This document shows positions 1 through 10,605 of a DNA stretch of 64,000 nucleotides, piece by piece. Source of the stretch: an uncultured Acidobacteriota bacterium (lineage in GTDB: Bacteria > Acidobacteriota > Terriglobia > Terriglobales > Acidobacteriaceae); the NCBI GenBank assembly GCA_963745965.1, contig CAVUZC010000006.1:148895-212894 (forward strand). Reading direction: 5' to 3'. The position numbers and the translations under genes were made by a program. The stretch's first letter is position 1; every line of letters starts with the position of its first letter. The notes beneath the pieces are model-generated. The model saw only the letters and a list, made by a program, of their open reading frames with translations. It made no database searches and had not been told where the DNA came from.

Positions 1-1147
1 ACGATCTCATCTATCGGATTCGTCCCTATGAGATCGTGCCCGGCAGCACCGACCTCGCCGTTGATGAGGCGGTGGATAAACTCGCCCATTTTCTCGAGAA
101 CCGCCGGCACTTTGAGATTCTCGAGCGGCTGCCCAGGCCGGCCGCGAACATCGTGGCTCGAAGCCGCAGATTGAAAGGATTTCTCAATGTCACGGGGAAA
201 GTGCTCGATCATCTTTACAGCCGCACCTTTGTGGCGGAGATGCAAAGCGCGCGAGAGCGGCTCGGCGAGTTGGAAGTCGATCACACACGCGTGAAGCCGG
301 TGGTGAAGATTGTGGGCGAGTTTTGGGCGCAGCTCACCGAGGGCGACGGCAACTTCAACATGTTTGCGTTCCTCGAGCGTGAGGGCGCGCAGGTGCATAT
401 CGAGTCGATCTCGGGATGGATCAGCTATCTGCTCTACCAGTCGCGCGCGGGCATGGAAGCAAGGAAGGGGCTCGAGTACCGATATAACGATGCGCACTGG
501 TGGGAACTGCGCAAGATCGCCGCTAACCGTTGGGGATACCGGCGCAAATGGCTCTTGTTGCGGGGCAGCGAGATGGCATGGGAACGCCTCTATGCGCGAA
601 CGGCGCGGCGCATGGGCGGAATTACGCCTCCCCTGGTTTCCCAGCGCGAACTGGCGCGTCTCGCGCATCCCTTCTACCATTCGCTCGCGCGCGGCGGCGA
701 AGGACACCTTGAGGTGGGCAAGAACGTCTACTACACCACGAACAAGCTCTGTCACATGGTGCTCGCGCTGAAGCCATTTGGCTGCATGCCCTCCTCGCAA
801 TCCGACGGCGTGCAATCGGCGGTAGTCAACCGGTTTCCGGAGATGACGTTTCTGCCCATTGAAACCGCGGGAGAAGGCGAGATCAACGCTTACAGCCGCG
901 TGCAGATGGCTCTGGGCGAAGCGCGCGCGAGGGCTCGCGACGGAGTTCGAAGCGGCGCTCGATTCCACGGGCCACTCGCTGGATGCGATCAGCGAGTATG
1001 CCGGGGCGCATCGGCAACTTGCGCAGCCCCTTTTATCCTTTTCCCCGCCAGCCGGGAATTGCCGGCGCGGCGGCGAACTTTGTGATGCATGTGGGCAGGC
1101 TGATGGACGGAAGAGAACAAATGGCGCGGCTTCCGGGTGAACGTTGA
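1..1147 (+). CDS. 2-hydroxyacyl-CoA dehydratase (HGD-D)-like reductase subunit, PlsR/Ger C-terminal-like; 5' truncated by window edge, frameshifted near 940 and 1040
   Basis: Frame open from nt 3 (DLIYRIRPYE...). Motifs KIVGEFWAQLTEGDGN and LALKPFGCMPS are typical of activase-associated HGD-D domains. The C-terminus continues in shifted frames (...EFEAALDSTG..., ...AANFVMHVGRLM...GER*) to a TGA at about 1147. Confidence 0.7.
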
Positions 1148-4100
1148 AAGAGGCGGTTCTGCAGGCTCAAACACAACGCGGCGGCGATGAGAACGGCGGA
1201 GCCGGAGGCCGCGTCCGCTTCCTGGTGGGATTCGATGTAGGTTCAACGACCGTAAAAGCGGTGGCCGTCAAAAGGCCCGAGTGAGCAAGATCGTGTGGCG
1301 CGACTATCGGCGACACGAGACGCGGCAGGCGGAGACGGTGCATGAGTTTCTCGTGCGCATGGAGCGCGAAGTCGGCATAGCCGCGGGAAACAGCCGCGTC
1401 TTCATCACCGGCACGGGAGGCGGCGCGCTCGCCGCTCCCATCGGCGCGCGTTTTGTACAGGAAGTGAACGCCGTCGCATTGGCGGTAGAAAAACTGCACC
1501 CGGAAGTGCACTCGGTCATCGAACTCGGCGGACAGGACGCGAAGATCCTGCTCTTCAAGCAGGATGGCCAGGGACGGCGCAAAAAGATCGCCTCGATGAA
1601 CGACAAATGCGCAGGCGGAACCGGCGCGGTCATCGACAAAATTGCAGCGAAGCTGGGCATTTCCGCCGGTTGCCTGCAAAGCCAGCGCTACCACGGCATC
1701 CCGATCCATTCCGTGGCCGGCAAATGCGGCGTCTTTGCCGAGACTGACATCAATAGCCTGCAAAAGCTCGGCGTCCCCGCAGGCGAACTCATGGCTTCGC
1801 TCTTCGACGCGATCGTTTTGCAGAATCTGACAGTGCTCGCGCGCGGCCATACGCTGGCTCCCGAGGTTCTGCTGCTCGGCGGACCCAATGTCTTCCTTCC
1901 TGGAATGCGCGAAGCCTGGCAGCACAAGATTCCGCTGCTCTGGCAAGAGCGCGGAGTGAAACTGCCGTCCGGCGCCGCAGCCGAAGACCTGATTCGCGTG
2001 CCGGAGGATGCGTTGTATTATGGCGCGCTCGGCGCCATCGAGTTTGGCAGAACCGAGGATGAGGCAAGCGGTCTTTATGCCGGGCGCAGCGCGTTGGAGT
2101 GCCTGATGCGCGAGCGCCGCGGCGACGGATCCGAGGTTCTCGGTAGTCGCGGATTGTGCGCCTCCGACGAGGAACTGCGCGAGTTCGAGCGCAGGTATCG
2201 GCGGCCCGCGTTTCAGTCGCCCGACTTTCGCGCAGGCGAACGGGTGGATGCCTTTCTGGGAATCGACGGCGGCTCGACTTCTACCAAGGCTGTACTGCTT
2301 TCTGCGCACGGAAAGCTCCTGGCCAAGGCTTACCAGTTGTCGAAAGGCAATCCTATTCAGGACACGATCGAAGTGCTCCAGCGGCTGCGCGGCCAGGTGG
2401 AGGAAGATGGCGCGCAACTTGCCATTCTGGGCGTGGGCACGACCGGGTACGCCAAGGATCTCCTCCGCCAGGTGTTCAAGGCCGATGTGGCAATCGTGGA
2501 AACCGTGGCGCACGCGGAATCCGCAAAGCACTTCTTCGCCGATCCGCAGGTCATCGTCGACGTGGGCGGACAGGACATCAAGATCATTCTGCTGCGCGAC
2601 GGCGCAGTGAGGGATTTCAGGCTCAATACGCAGTGCTCGGCCGGGAACGGCTACTTTCTGCAATCGACGGCAGAGTGTCTGGGGATTCCACTGGAGAACT
2701 ATGCCGAAGCCGCATTCAGTGCGAGGGCGATGCCGACGTTCGGTTATGGATGCGCGGTCTTTCTGCAATCCGATATCGTGAACTTTCAGCGCCAGGGATG
2801 GCGCGCCCACGAGATCCTCGCGGGACTGGCGACGGTGCTTCCACGCAACGTCTTTCTGCACGTGGCTAAGGTGCCAAACCTGCCCGCGCTGGGCACGCGG
2901 TTCATCCTGCAGGGGGGAACGCAAAACAATCTTGCCGCAGTCAAGGCGGAGGTGGATTTTCTGCGGGCCTCCTTCCGTCATTCTGGCATAGAGCCCGAAA
3001 TCTCGATTCATCCTCACTGCGGGGAATCCGGAGCGATCGGCGCGGCCCTCGAGGCGATCCGGACCAGGCGCGCGGGAATAGCGACCAGCTTCATCGGCAT
3101 GGACGCGGTGGCAGACGATCCGCTACAAGACCGAGTGCGACGAGCAAACGCGATGCTGCTACTGCACGAATGCATGTCTGCGCACGTTTCTCAGCGTAGA
3201 AGGACGGAATGCAGCCGTCTCCAGGCGCTTCGCGGCGCATTGTGCTGGCGAATTGCGAGAAAGGGGCGGCGCAGGACGTCGATGAGTTGCGCGGACATTC
3301 GAGCAAGATTGGAAACCGTCAAGGCCGCGAACCCTAATCTGGTCGCAGTCGCGGCGCGCGAAGTGTGGCGCTCGCGGCGGCCGGAGCTTGTGGTCGATTC
3401 CGTTCCACGGCGCGCATGGAACCGCAAGGACAGTCAGAAGCTGGCGTTGCGCAGAAAACGTGGTGAGCTGCGCATTGGCATTCCACGCGTGCTCAGCATG
3501 TATGCGTACGCCCCGTTGTTCAGCGCCTATCTCGAAAGCCTGGGCGTAGCAGCGGAGAACATCGTGTATTCGAGCGTGACCTCCGGAGAGATGTACCGTT
3601 CCGGCTCCAGCCGAGGTTCGATCGATCCTTGCTACCCCTCAAAGATCGCCATCGCCCATGTGCACGATCTGCTGTTTAAGCAGCATCCGCGCGCGCCGTT
3701 GGACGTAATTCTCTTCCCGATGTTCGACGTTTTGGCTACGCGGCTCGCGCATACTCGCGCCAACAACGGCTGTCCAACGGCATCGATCACGCCGGAAACC
3801 GTCGAAGCCGCCTACACGAAAGAGACCGATCTGTTTGGCGAGCGCGGTATCCGCTACATTCACCCTCTGGTGAATCTCACGAACCGCCGGCTCTTTGCCC
3901 GCCAGCTTTATGAGGCGCTCGAACCGGTTCTGGGATTGAGCGAGGACGAAAATGCGCGGGCCGTCGAAGCCGGCTTCAGGGAATTAGAGCGATTCGAAGA
4001 GGACCTGCGCCGCCGCGGCCGCGAGGTGCTGGACCGGGTGGAGCAGGAAGGGCGGATTGCCGTTGTCATGCTGGGCAGGCCGTATCATCACGATCCCGGC

Positions 4101-4577
4101 ATTCACCAGGGCATTCCGGAAGAAATTCAGAAGCTCGGTTATCCCGTCCTTTCGCAGAGCACGCTGCCCGTGGACAGCGATCTTCTGGAGCGGCTGTTCG
4201 GCGAGGAGATTCGCGAAGGCGTCATCTCATCCGCTCTCGAAATCTCCGACGTGTGGAAGACCGCGTTTTCCGCCAACTCCAACCAGAAGTTATGGGCGGC
4301 GAAGTTCGTGGCGCGCCATCCTAATCTTGTTGCGGTGGAGTTCTCCAGCTTCAAATGCGGTCACGACGCCCCGATCTACAGCGTAGTCGAGCAGATCATG
4401 CAGTGCTCCGGCACACCGTACTTCGCTTTCAAGGATATGGATGAAAACCGCCCCGCGAACTCGATCAAACTGCGCATCGAGACCATGGATTACTTCCTCA
4501 AGCGCTACCGGAAGGAGCGATTCGGGACCGGAGCTGAGCCGCTGGAACAAGCTGAGGTCGATGCGGCCGTCTGCTAA
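1144..4577 (+). CDS. CoA-substrate-specific enzyme activase: two BadF/BadG/BcrA/BcrD ATPase domains plus a DUF2229-type reductase region (PlsA/Ger-like); frameshifts near 1280 and 3110-3290
   Basis: GFDVGSTTVKAV (frame 1, about 1225) and GIDGGSTSTKAV ASKHA motifs; ELGGQDAK...MNDKCAGGTG and DVGGQDIK...NTQCSAGNG; RCCYCTNACLRTF in a shifted frame; GIPRVLSMY, CYPSKIA, GRPYHHDPG, FKCGHD. The TTG start overlaps the upstream stop. Confidence 0.85.
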
Positions 4578-4595
4578 GGCAACGCACGAACGCCC

Positions 4596-6380
4596 TCAGG
4601 TTAACTCTGTTGCGCGAGCGCGATTCGCCAGAACCTGCGCGATCCTCTCGCGCGCATATTGAAATCCGGTCAAGCCTGCGCAGGCTTCAGCGCGAAGGGC
4701 GGTTAATTCCCTTCGCAGGCTTGTTTCCGCCGGCGTGCCACGCGAGCCGCCGCTGATCACGCTGATACTGGTTTGCACTGCACGGGACACCGCGCGTGCC
4801 GATGCCAGATGGACGAGATCCTCGACCACGCCGGCGTTTGCATCCGGCGTGGACACTTCGAGTTCCGCGGAATCGAGCAGCAAAGAACGCGCGGCAAGCA
4901 AGCCGCAGAGCGAATCCGCCATTGCAAAGCCCGCTGCCTGACGCAAGCCGTGAAAGGCTCCTTCCGGGCCGGAACTGGTTTCGCTGCGCAAAACGCCAAG
5001 TGTGCGCGACCAGAACCTTAATCCTGTGGCGAGGATATTCGCAGCGGCCGTGTTGTGTTTGCGGTTTTCGAGATCTTCGATCCAGGCGGAAGCGTTTGCA
5101 GCAAACGTATCCGTCGTCATCGCGGCGGAGATCAGGCGCCGTTGCGAGGCGTCCGGGCCCATGTAGACGGCTTCCACCTGCGCATCGGCGATGTGCCTGT
5201 GGAGTTCGGCGGCGCTGGCGCCTGCAGCCGCGGCAACCCGAGAGAGCGCTGGAATGATGCGCGTGCTTGCGAAGAGCTTGGCGGCTGGGGAGAACAGATT
5301 GGAGTGCGCAGCAGCCGCGCGGTCGCAGGCGCCCCGGAAGTCCAGTTCGTCGCAAGAGCGCGCCGCTGAAAAACCCAGCGAGGCCGCGGCCTCTGCGGCC
5401 GCCCAAAGGTCCGCCATGTCAAGCCAGAACGCCGGGCTGTCGCATGGGGGTGCGGGGAAGAAATCGGCGGTTACTGCCAGGGCTTTGGCTGCGGTCATCA
5501 GCGCAAGGAGCGCCCGCGCCCGGCGCAACGCAGGCTCGAGCAGGTGCCGATGATCGAAGTTGGGCACGAGTACGCCATGCTCTTTCGTGTAGCCGCCCAC
5601 GATCCGCGCCGCGGGCACGCGCAAGCGAAAGCCGGGATGAGTAGCCGACGCGATGCGATGACCGATCTTTCTTGCCGGCGCTCCGCGATCGAACTCCCCT
5701 GCGTCGTGCGGCTCCAGAACGACGAGAGCGCTGCCGCTCGCTCCGTCGATTCCCTGTACGGCGGCTACCGCGAAATCCGCAAACTCCATGTGACTGGTGA
5801 ACCGCCCGCGCTTTTCGACCTCGATCCAGAGACCGTTCGCATCGCCGCTGGGACGATACGTTCCCATCAGCAGAAGCGCTTCCGCTCCGGCGCCGGGAAT
5901 CGGCTCGGTGAGACAGAGCGCGCCGTGCAGCAGGCTATTCTCCGAAGCATAGCGTTCCTTCTGTTCAACCGTGCCGAAATCTGCGATCGGCATCTGCGCC
6001 AGAAATCGCGACAGAAACAACGTCGCCAGGCCTCCATCCCGCGCGGCCAATTCGAGCAGAACCAGCCCGAGCGGTACGGCCGCCGGCTGCCGCGCGGAAG
6101 CCATCGCAGAAAGCAAGTGTGTATTGTCCAACGCTGCGAGCAGTTCCGCCTTTTCAGCGTTCCAACCGCAGGCGTTGCGAGTGCGTGCGGATTCAAGCTG
6201 CTCCTGCATTGCAGCCGCAAGTTGCCGAGCGCCGTCTTGCGCGGCGCAGAGGGCAGCTTCGTCCGCCAGCCGCCAGAGCCGCCGGTGGGTTGCCCGCAGC
6301 CAGTTGACAGACTCTGCCGGCCTAGGGCAGACGGACGGATTGCGGGCTATCTGGGACACAGTATTCCGCCATGTAGGCAC
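4596..6380 (-). CDS. Acyl-CoA dehydrogenase family protein (divergent)
   Basis: GALCLTEPIPGAG, EKRGRFTSHMEFADFAV, KIGHRIASAT, AKLFAST, DAQVEAVYMGPD resemble ACAD motifs. Start may be the GTG near 6360. Confidence 0.75.
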   Translation of the reverse strand: MPTWRNTVSQIARNPSVCPRPAESVNWLRATHRRLWRLADEAALCAAQDGARQLAAAMQEQLESARTRNACGWNAEKAELLAALDNTHLLSAMASARQPAAVPLGLVLLELAARDGGLATLFLSRFLAQMPIADFGTVEQKERYASENSLLHGALCLTEPIPGAGAEALLLMGTYRPSGDANGLWIEVEKRGRFTSHMEFADFAVAAVQGIDGASGSALVVLEPHDAGEFDRGAPARKIGHRIASATHPGFRLRVPAARIVGGYTKEHGVLVPNFDHRHLLEPALRRARALLALMTAAKALAVTADFFPAPPCDSPAFWLDMADLWAAAEAAASLGFSAARSCDELDFRGACDRAAAAHSNLFSPAAKLFASTRIIPALSRVAAAAGASAAELHRHIADAQVEAVYMGPDASQRRLISAAMTTDTFAANASAWIEDLENRKHNTAAANILATGLRFWSRTLGVLRSETSSGPEGAFHGLRQAAGFAMADSLCGLLAARSLLLDSAELEVSTPDANAGVVEDLVHLASARAVSRAVQTSISVISGGSRGTPAETSLRRELTALRAEACAGLTGFQYARERIAQVLANRARATELT

Positions 6381-7758
6381 GAGGGTTCATCAGTTGTTGC
6401 GAGCGCGCAAGGATGCGCGCAAGTTGGCCGACGTGCCGTAGATCCACCTGCGGCAGCCACTGCCACCACTTCTTGCGCCCGGCCGCATTCAGCACGGTGC
6501 GGCGCCACGTTTCGCAGTAAAGCTCGAAGAAACGTTCGACGGGAAGACGGGGCTTCCAGAGCAGATGATGCAGATCGTATTGGTTCCAGTCGAAGACTTT
6601 GATCTTTTCCCGGGTCGATGCGAAGAACTCCGTGCCAGGCAGGGGAGTCAGAATCGTGAATCCCAGCCGGAACAGCTGATGCGTCTCCACAAAATCCCAG
6701 AGAGTGTGAAAATCCTCTTCGGTAAAATCCGGATCGACGATAAAGTTGCCGGTGACGCCGAAGCCGCAGTCTCTCGCCACGCGCACGGCCTCCAGAGTCT
6801 TGGAAATATCGCTTCCTTTGTGCAGGGAATTGAGCCCTTGGCGCGTGGGCGACTCGAATCCGAAAAAGATGTCGAAGTTTTTTGCCAGCGGACGCCATAG
6901 CCGCAGCAGGTCTGCATTTCTGCTCACCAGGTCGGCGCGGGACTGCACCAGAATCCAGTTCTTGCGGGCCGGGGATGCGAGCAATTCGCGGGCGAGTTCC
7001 TCGCTGCGCGCCGAATCCGCCCAAAACAGGTCGTCGATGATAAAAAGATTGCGGCCGATGGCCGTGAAATCCTGGCGCACGTGCTGCGCCGAATGGTAGC
7101 GGCAGTTTCCCTCGTAGAACTGCCAAACGGAACAAAACTTGCAGCGGTGGCGGCAGCCGCGCGTCGTCTCCAGCGTCCACAGAGGCATGTAATTCAGACA
7201 GACATAGTGCTTGCGATAACCGCGGACGGCGGCGCGATCCGGCGGCAGGACGCGCTCCATCTCCAGCCATGGTTGCGCGCCGGCGGTGGCAACAAAACGT
7301 CCGTCGCCGGCGGGCAGAAGCAGGGATGGAATCTCGTCGAGAGGCCGGCCAGCGGCCAGAGCGCGGCACAGTGCCGGCATAATGCTCTCACCTTCACCGG
7401 CGCAGATGGCATCGATATTCTTCGCTCCCTCCAGTGCCTGCGGATAGGATGCGATGGAGTGTCCGCCGACGGCCACGAAAACCGAAGCATCGGCGGCCTT
7501 GATCTCCGCGGCCTGGGCAAGCGTTCCATGCACGTCGAGAATGTGCAGGCAGGAAATGCCCACGAGCTGCGGCCGGAAAGAGCGGATGAAATGCGCCATG
7601 GGCCGCCGCTCGAAGCCCATATCGACAATGCGCGCCTCGTGGCCTTCGGCGGCAAGCGCTGAAGCAATGTACTCAAGTCCGAGAGGCTCGGCGCGAAAGA
7701 AAGGCGCGAGACCGAAATGGGCAGTCGCGTTGCGCGGCTTGACGAGCAGAACCCTCAA
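6322..7758 (-). CDS. Cobalamin-binding radical SAM protein, HpnR-like class B C-methyltransferase family
   Basis: N-terminal B12-binding-like domain (EPLGLEYIA, VAVGGH); TTRGCRHRCKFCSVWQFY CxxxCxxC; IIDD, FFGFES, GNFIVDPDF, LTPLPGTE, YDLHH resemble hopanoid C-3 methylase HpnR-family motifs. Confidence 0.85.
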   Translation of the reverse strand: MRVLLVKPRNATAHFGLAPFFRAEPLGLEYIASALAAEGHEARIVDMGFERRPMAHFIRSFRPQLVGISCLHILDVHGTLAQAAEIKAADASVFVAVGGHSIASYPQALEGAKNIDAICAGEGESIMPALCRALAAGRPLDEIPSLLLPAGDGRFVATAGAQPWLEMERVLPPDRAAVRGYRKHYVCLNYMPLWTLETTRGCRHRCKFCSVWQFYEGNCRYHSAQHVRQDFTAIGRNLFIIDDLFWADSARSEELARELLASPARKNWILVQSRADLVSRNADLLRLWRPLAKNFDIFFGFESPTRQGLNSLHKGSDISKTLEAVRVARDCGFGVTGNFIVDPDFTEEDFHTLWDFVETHQLFRLGFTILTPLPGTEFFASTREKIKVFDWNQYDLHHLLWKPRLPVERFFELYCETWRRTVLNAAGRKKWWQWLPQVDLRHVGQLARILARSQQLMNPRAYMAEYCVPDSPQSVRLP

Positions 7759-8033
7759 CGGGGACCACCTTCTCCGCTCAGCCGGGAGTGGCTGACGACG
7801 ATGTGCGTAATTGCTTTCTAAATCTTAGGCCGAGTTTTGCGGCCGGTAAAGGGCTTGCGTTTTCGGCGTTTTCCCGCGCGGTTCTTGTTGAACGGATTGT
7901 GACGCACGTCCTTCGCCAGCGCAGCCGGAATGCTGTACATTCGTCTTGTCGCCTCCCAAGCCTCCGTGGATCTGCGAACCACGCGATCGGCGTTTGCTTG
8001 CGTGGTGTGTGCTTGTACAGGAAAGAACGAACG

Positions 8034-8815
8034 ATGCTGCGGCCGTATCTCTTTATCGGTCTGTTTGTAGCGACCAACTGCACCCTTGCGTTGCTCTATC
8101 CGTTCTCTTTGGCCCGATTTCTTGCCTTCGCGGCCCTCTACGGTCTGGGAACGGGAGTCATGCTCTTCCTGCTCTTTTATCCCACCAACGATTGGCTGGT
8201 GACGAACCGCTCGCATGTCGAAGGCGACAAAGAGATGGCGCTGACCTTCGACGATGGGCCCGACCCGGTGGACACGCCGCGGCTGCTGGATTTACTGCGA
8301 GCAAAAGGGCATCAAGGCGACATTTTTCGTCGTTGGCCGCCGCGCCGACGCAGCATCCCGAGATCGTGCGCCGCACCTGGGAAGAAGGGCATCTGATCGG
8401 CAATCACACGTGGTCGCATCAACCGCTTTTTTGTTTTTTGCCGCCATGGCGGCTGCGTCTGCGAGATCGAGCGCGGCACGGAGAGCATCCGGCGCGCTCT
8501 GTGGCATTAAACCACGCTACTTCCGTTCCCCGGTCGGATTGCGCCATCCCTTTCTCCGCCCCTATCTGGCCAGGCCGGGCTGACGTTTGTCTCCTGGCGA
8601 TTGCGCAGCCGCGATACCAGCATCCGCAATGCGGAGAAGACTGGCAGCATCGCATCGTGGAGAATGCGGAAGGCGGCGATATTATCCTTCTGCACGACCA
8701 CCGGCCCTGCGGAGCGAAGCCGATGCTGGAGGCGCTGCCCGGCGTGATCGACAATTGCGGGCGCGCGGATTTCGAATTCGTTCTTGCCGGCTCACGCGAA
8801 GAAGCGGAATACTGA
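8034..8815 (+). CDS. Membrane-anchored polysaccharide deacetylase (NodB/CE4), several frameshifts
   Basis: Two N-terminal hydrophobic segments, then LTFDDGP, ATFFVVG, GNHTWSH, RYFRSPVG and IILLHD spread over three frames. Confidence 0.85.
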
Positions 8816-8825
8816 AAAGGACTGC

Positions 8826-9502
8826 ATGAAAACCTGCGCATTGATTCCGGCATACAACGAGGCCAGCCACATCGGCCAGGTCGTGAGCGGCGCAAGAGCG
8901 CACGTGGATTCCGTGGTGGTCATCGACGATGGTTCCACGGACGAAACGGCCGAACTGGCCAGAAGGGCCGGCGCGGTTTGCTTGCGCAACGCTGCAAACC
9001 GCGGCAAGGGTTCAGTGCTGCGCACGGGCATGAAACATGCTATCTCCGAAGGATTTACCCACGCCGTGACTCTGGATGGCGACGGCCAGCATCTTCCCGG
9101 CAGATATTTCCGCGCTGCTGCGCGTCGCCCGGGAAACAGAAGCCGACCTGGTGATTGGCGCGCGCAACTTCGAACGTTCGCGATGCCAAGCGGCGCGCTA
9201 TTACTCGAACACGGTGGGCAGCCGCTGGGCGTCGGCGCATGGTGGGCAGGAAAATCGCCGACAGCCAAAGCGGATTCCGAGTGTACAAACTGGAGAGAGT
9301 TTCGCCAGATCGTTTTGCGCAGCACGCGTTATGAATTCGAAATGGAAGCGCTGATCAAGATGGCGCGAGCGGGGCGGTCATTGTCCATGCCCCCATCCAA
9401 ATGATTTACCAGGGCAATCAGCCGCGATCGAAGATGAAGCCGATACGCGATACCGTGCGCATCTGCTTCTGTTCCCTGGCATTTCGGTTTTTGGGAGCTT
9501 GA
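8826..9502 (+). CDS. Glycosyltransferase family 2 (DPM-synthase-like), frameshifted
   Basis: IPAYNEA, VVVIDDGSTD, NRGKG, TLDGDGQH (DxD), RYEFEMEAL. Stop at 9502 is followed by the next ATG at 9504. Confidence 0.85.
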
Positions 9503-9503
9503 G

Positions 9504-10136
9504 ATGAAGCCTCATCTCAAATGGTTCGCTCGCGCTGCATGGCTTCTGCTGTCACCGGCGCTTTGCGCCCAGCAGAACGATCTTCTGGCGCGCATCTGGG
9601 ATGGTGTACAGCAGGCCCAAGCGCATACAACTACGGCCTGCGGAACCGTGGTGGAGACGCGCACGTCGCCGCTGATGGTAAAGCCTATCGTGCTGCACGG
9701 CAAGTTCTGCGCCGAAGGCGCTGTGCGTTTCTGGCTCGAGTATCTTCCGCCGCATGCAATGACAGTGCGCTTCAACACGGATGATCTGAATGCGACTGGA
9801 AGCGACGGAGAAACTGAGATCGTCGACATAGGCAGCGGCGTGCGCCGCGCCCAGGCTGCGTTTAGCCGCGAAGGATCGCTGGCGGGCCTCGAGAAGGACT
9901 TCACCATCGCAGTTCACGAAGACGATCGCGAGTACGAGTTGAAGTTCCTTCCCCGTGCCGATGTTTTCCGGAGGCGGCTGAATCTTCTCGTCATCAAGCT
10001 GAGCAAGCGCACGTTTCTCCCCCGGTCCATAGAAGTCGATGGAAAGAGCGGGGTCAGCAGCGTCTTTGCCATCGACATTACGGCGACCAACGAGAAGCTG
10101 CCCGCGGGAATCTTCGAGGTGAAAAAGCCCAAATGA
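9504..10136 (+). CDS. LolA-like periplasmic lipid/lipoprotein carrier
   Basis: Signal peptide, about 210 aa beta-rich pattern (G.F.....VRFWLEY..P; LKFLP; IEVDGKSGVSSVF), and location next to FabZ and MMPL genes. Confidence 0.65.
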   Translation: MKPHLKWFARAAWLLLSPALCAQQNDLLARIWDGVQQAQAHTTTACGTVVETRTSPLMVKPIVLHGKFCAEGAVRFWLEYLPPHAMTVRFNTDDLNATGSDGETEIVDIGSGVRRAQAAFSREGSLAGLEKDFTIAVHEDDREYELKFLPRADVFRRRLNLLVIKLSKRTFLPRSIEVDGKSGVSSVFAIDITATNEKLPAGIFEVKKPK

Positions 10137-10549
10137 TGGAACAAGCAGAGATCGAAAAGCTGATTCCGCACCGGCCGCCGTTTCTGTGGATCGATCGCGT
10201 GGTGGAACTGGAACCGGGCAGCCGTTGCGTAGCGATTCTCAACGTCAGCGCGGAGAACCCGGTCTTCGGCGGGCATTTCCCCGGCAGGCCGATCTTCCCC
10301 GGCGTTCTGATGATCGAGGCCGTGGCGCAGACCGCGGCCGTGATGCTGGGCGCGGAAGGCCCGGCGGCGAGCGCGTTGCTCGCGTCCGTCAACCGCTTCA
10401 AGTTTTTGCGGCCGGTCATTCCCGGTGAATGCCTGCGTATCGAGACAAAAAAGCTAACGCAGATGGCGGCGATGGCTTACATTGAGGGCACCATCGCAGT
10501 AAGCGGGGAAAGAGTGGCAAGCGGCGAACTATCGGTCGCCTGGGGCTGA
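10133..10549 (+). CDS. fabZ: 3-hydroxyacyl-ACP dehydratase (FabZ family)
   Basis: IPHRPPFLWIDRV and FGGHFPGRPIFPGVLMIEAVAQ hotdog-fold motifs; ATGA overlap with the upstream gene. Confidence 0.9.
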   Translation: MMEQAEIEKLIPHRPPFLWIDRVVELEPGSRCVAILNVSAENPVFGGHFPGRPIFPGVLMIEAVAQTAAVMLGAEGPAASALLASVNRFKFLRPVIPGECLRIETKKLTQMAAMAYIEGTIAVSGERVASGELSVAWG

Positions 10550-10605
10550 ACTGCGTCGATCTCCCTGGAAGCAGGAATCGTTATCGGATAGGAACGAGTC
10601 GGACA

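Noticed and set aside
1167-3017. 616-aa antisense ORF, and similar long shadows at 17007-18866 (-), 22872-24284 (+), 52607-54346 (-) and 62607-63863 (+)
   Set aside because: Each lies opposite a well-supported gene and has no motifs; stop-poor antisense frames are expected at this GC and codon bias.
7760-8033. Cobalamin riboswitch upstream of the B12 radical SAM
   Set aside because: No B12-box or conserved core recognised; treated as a divergent promoter region.
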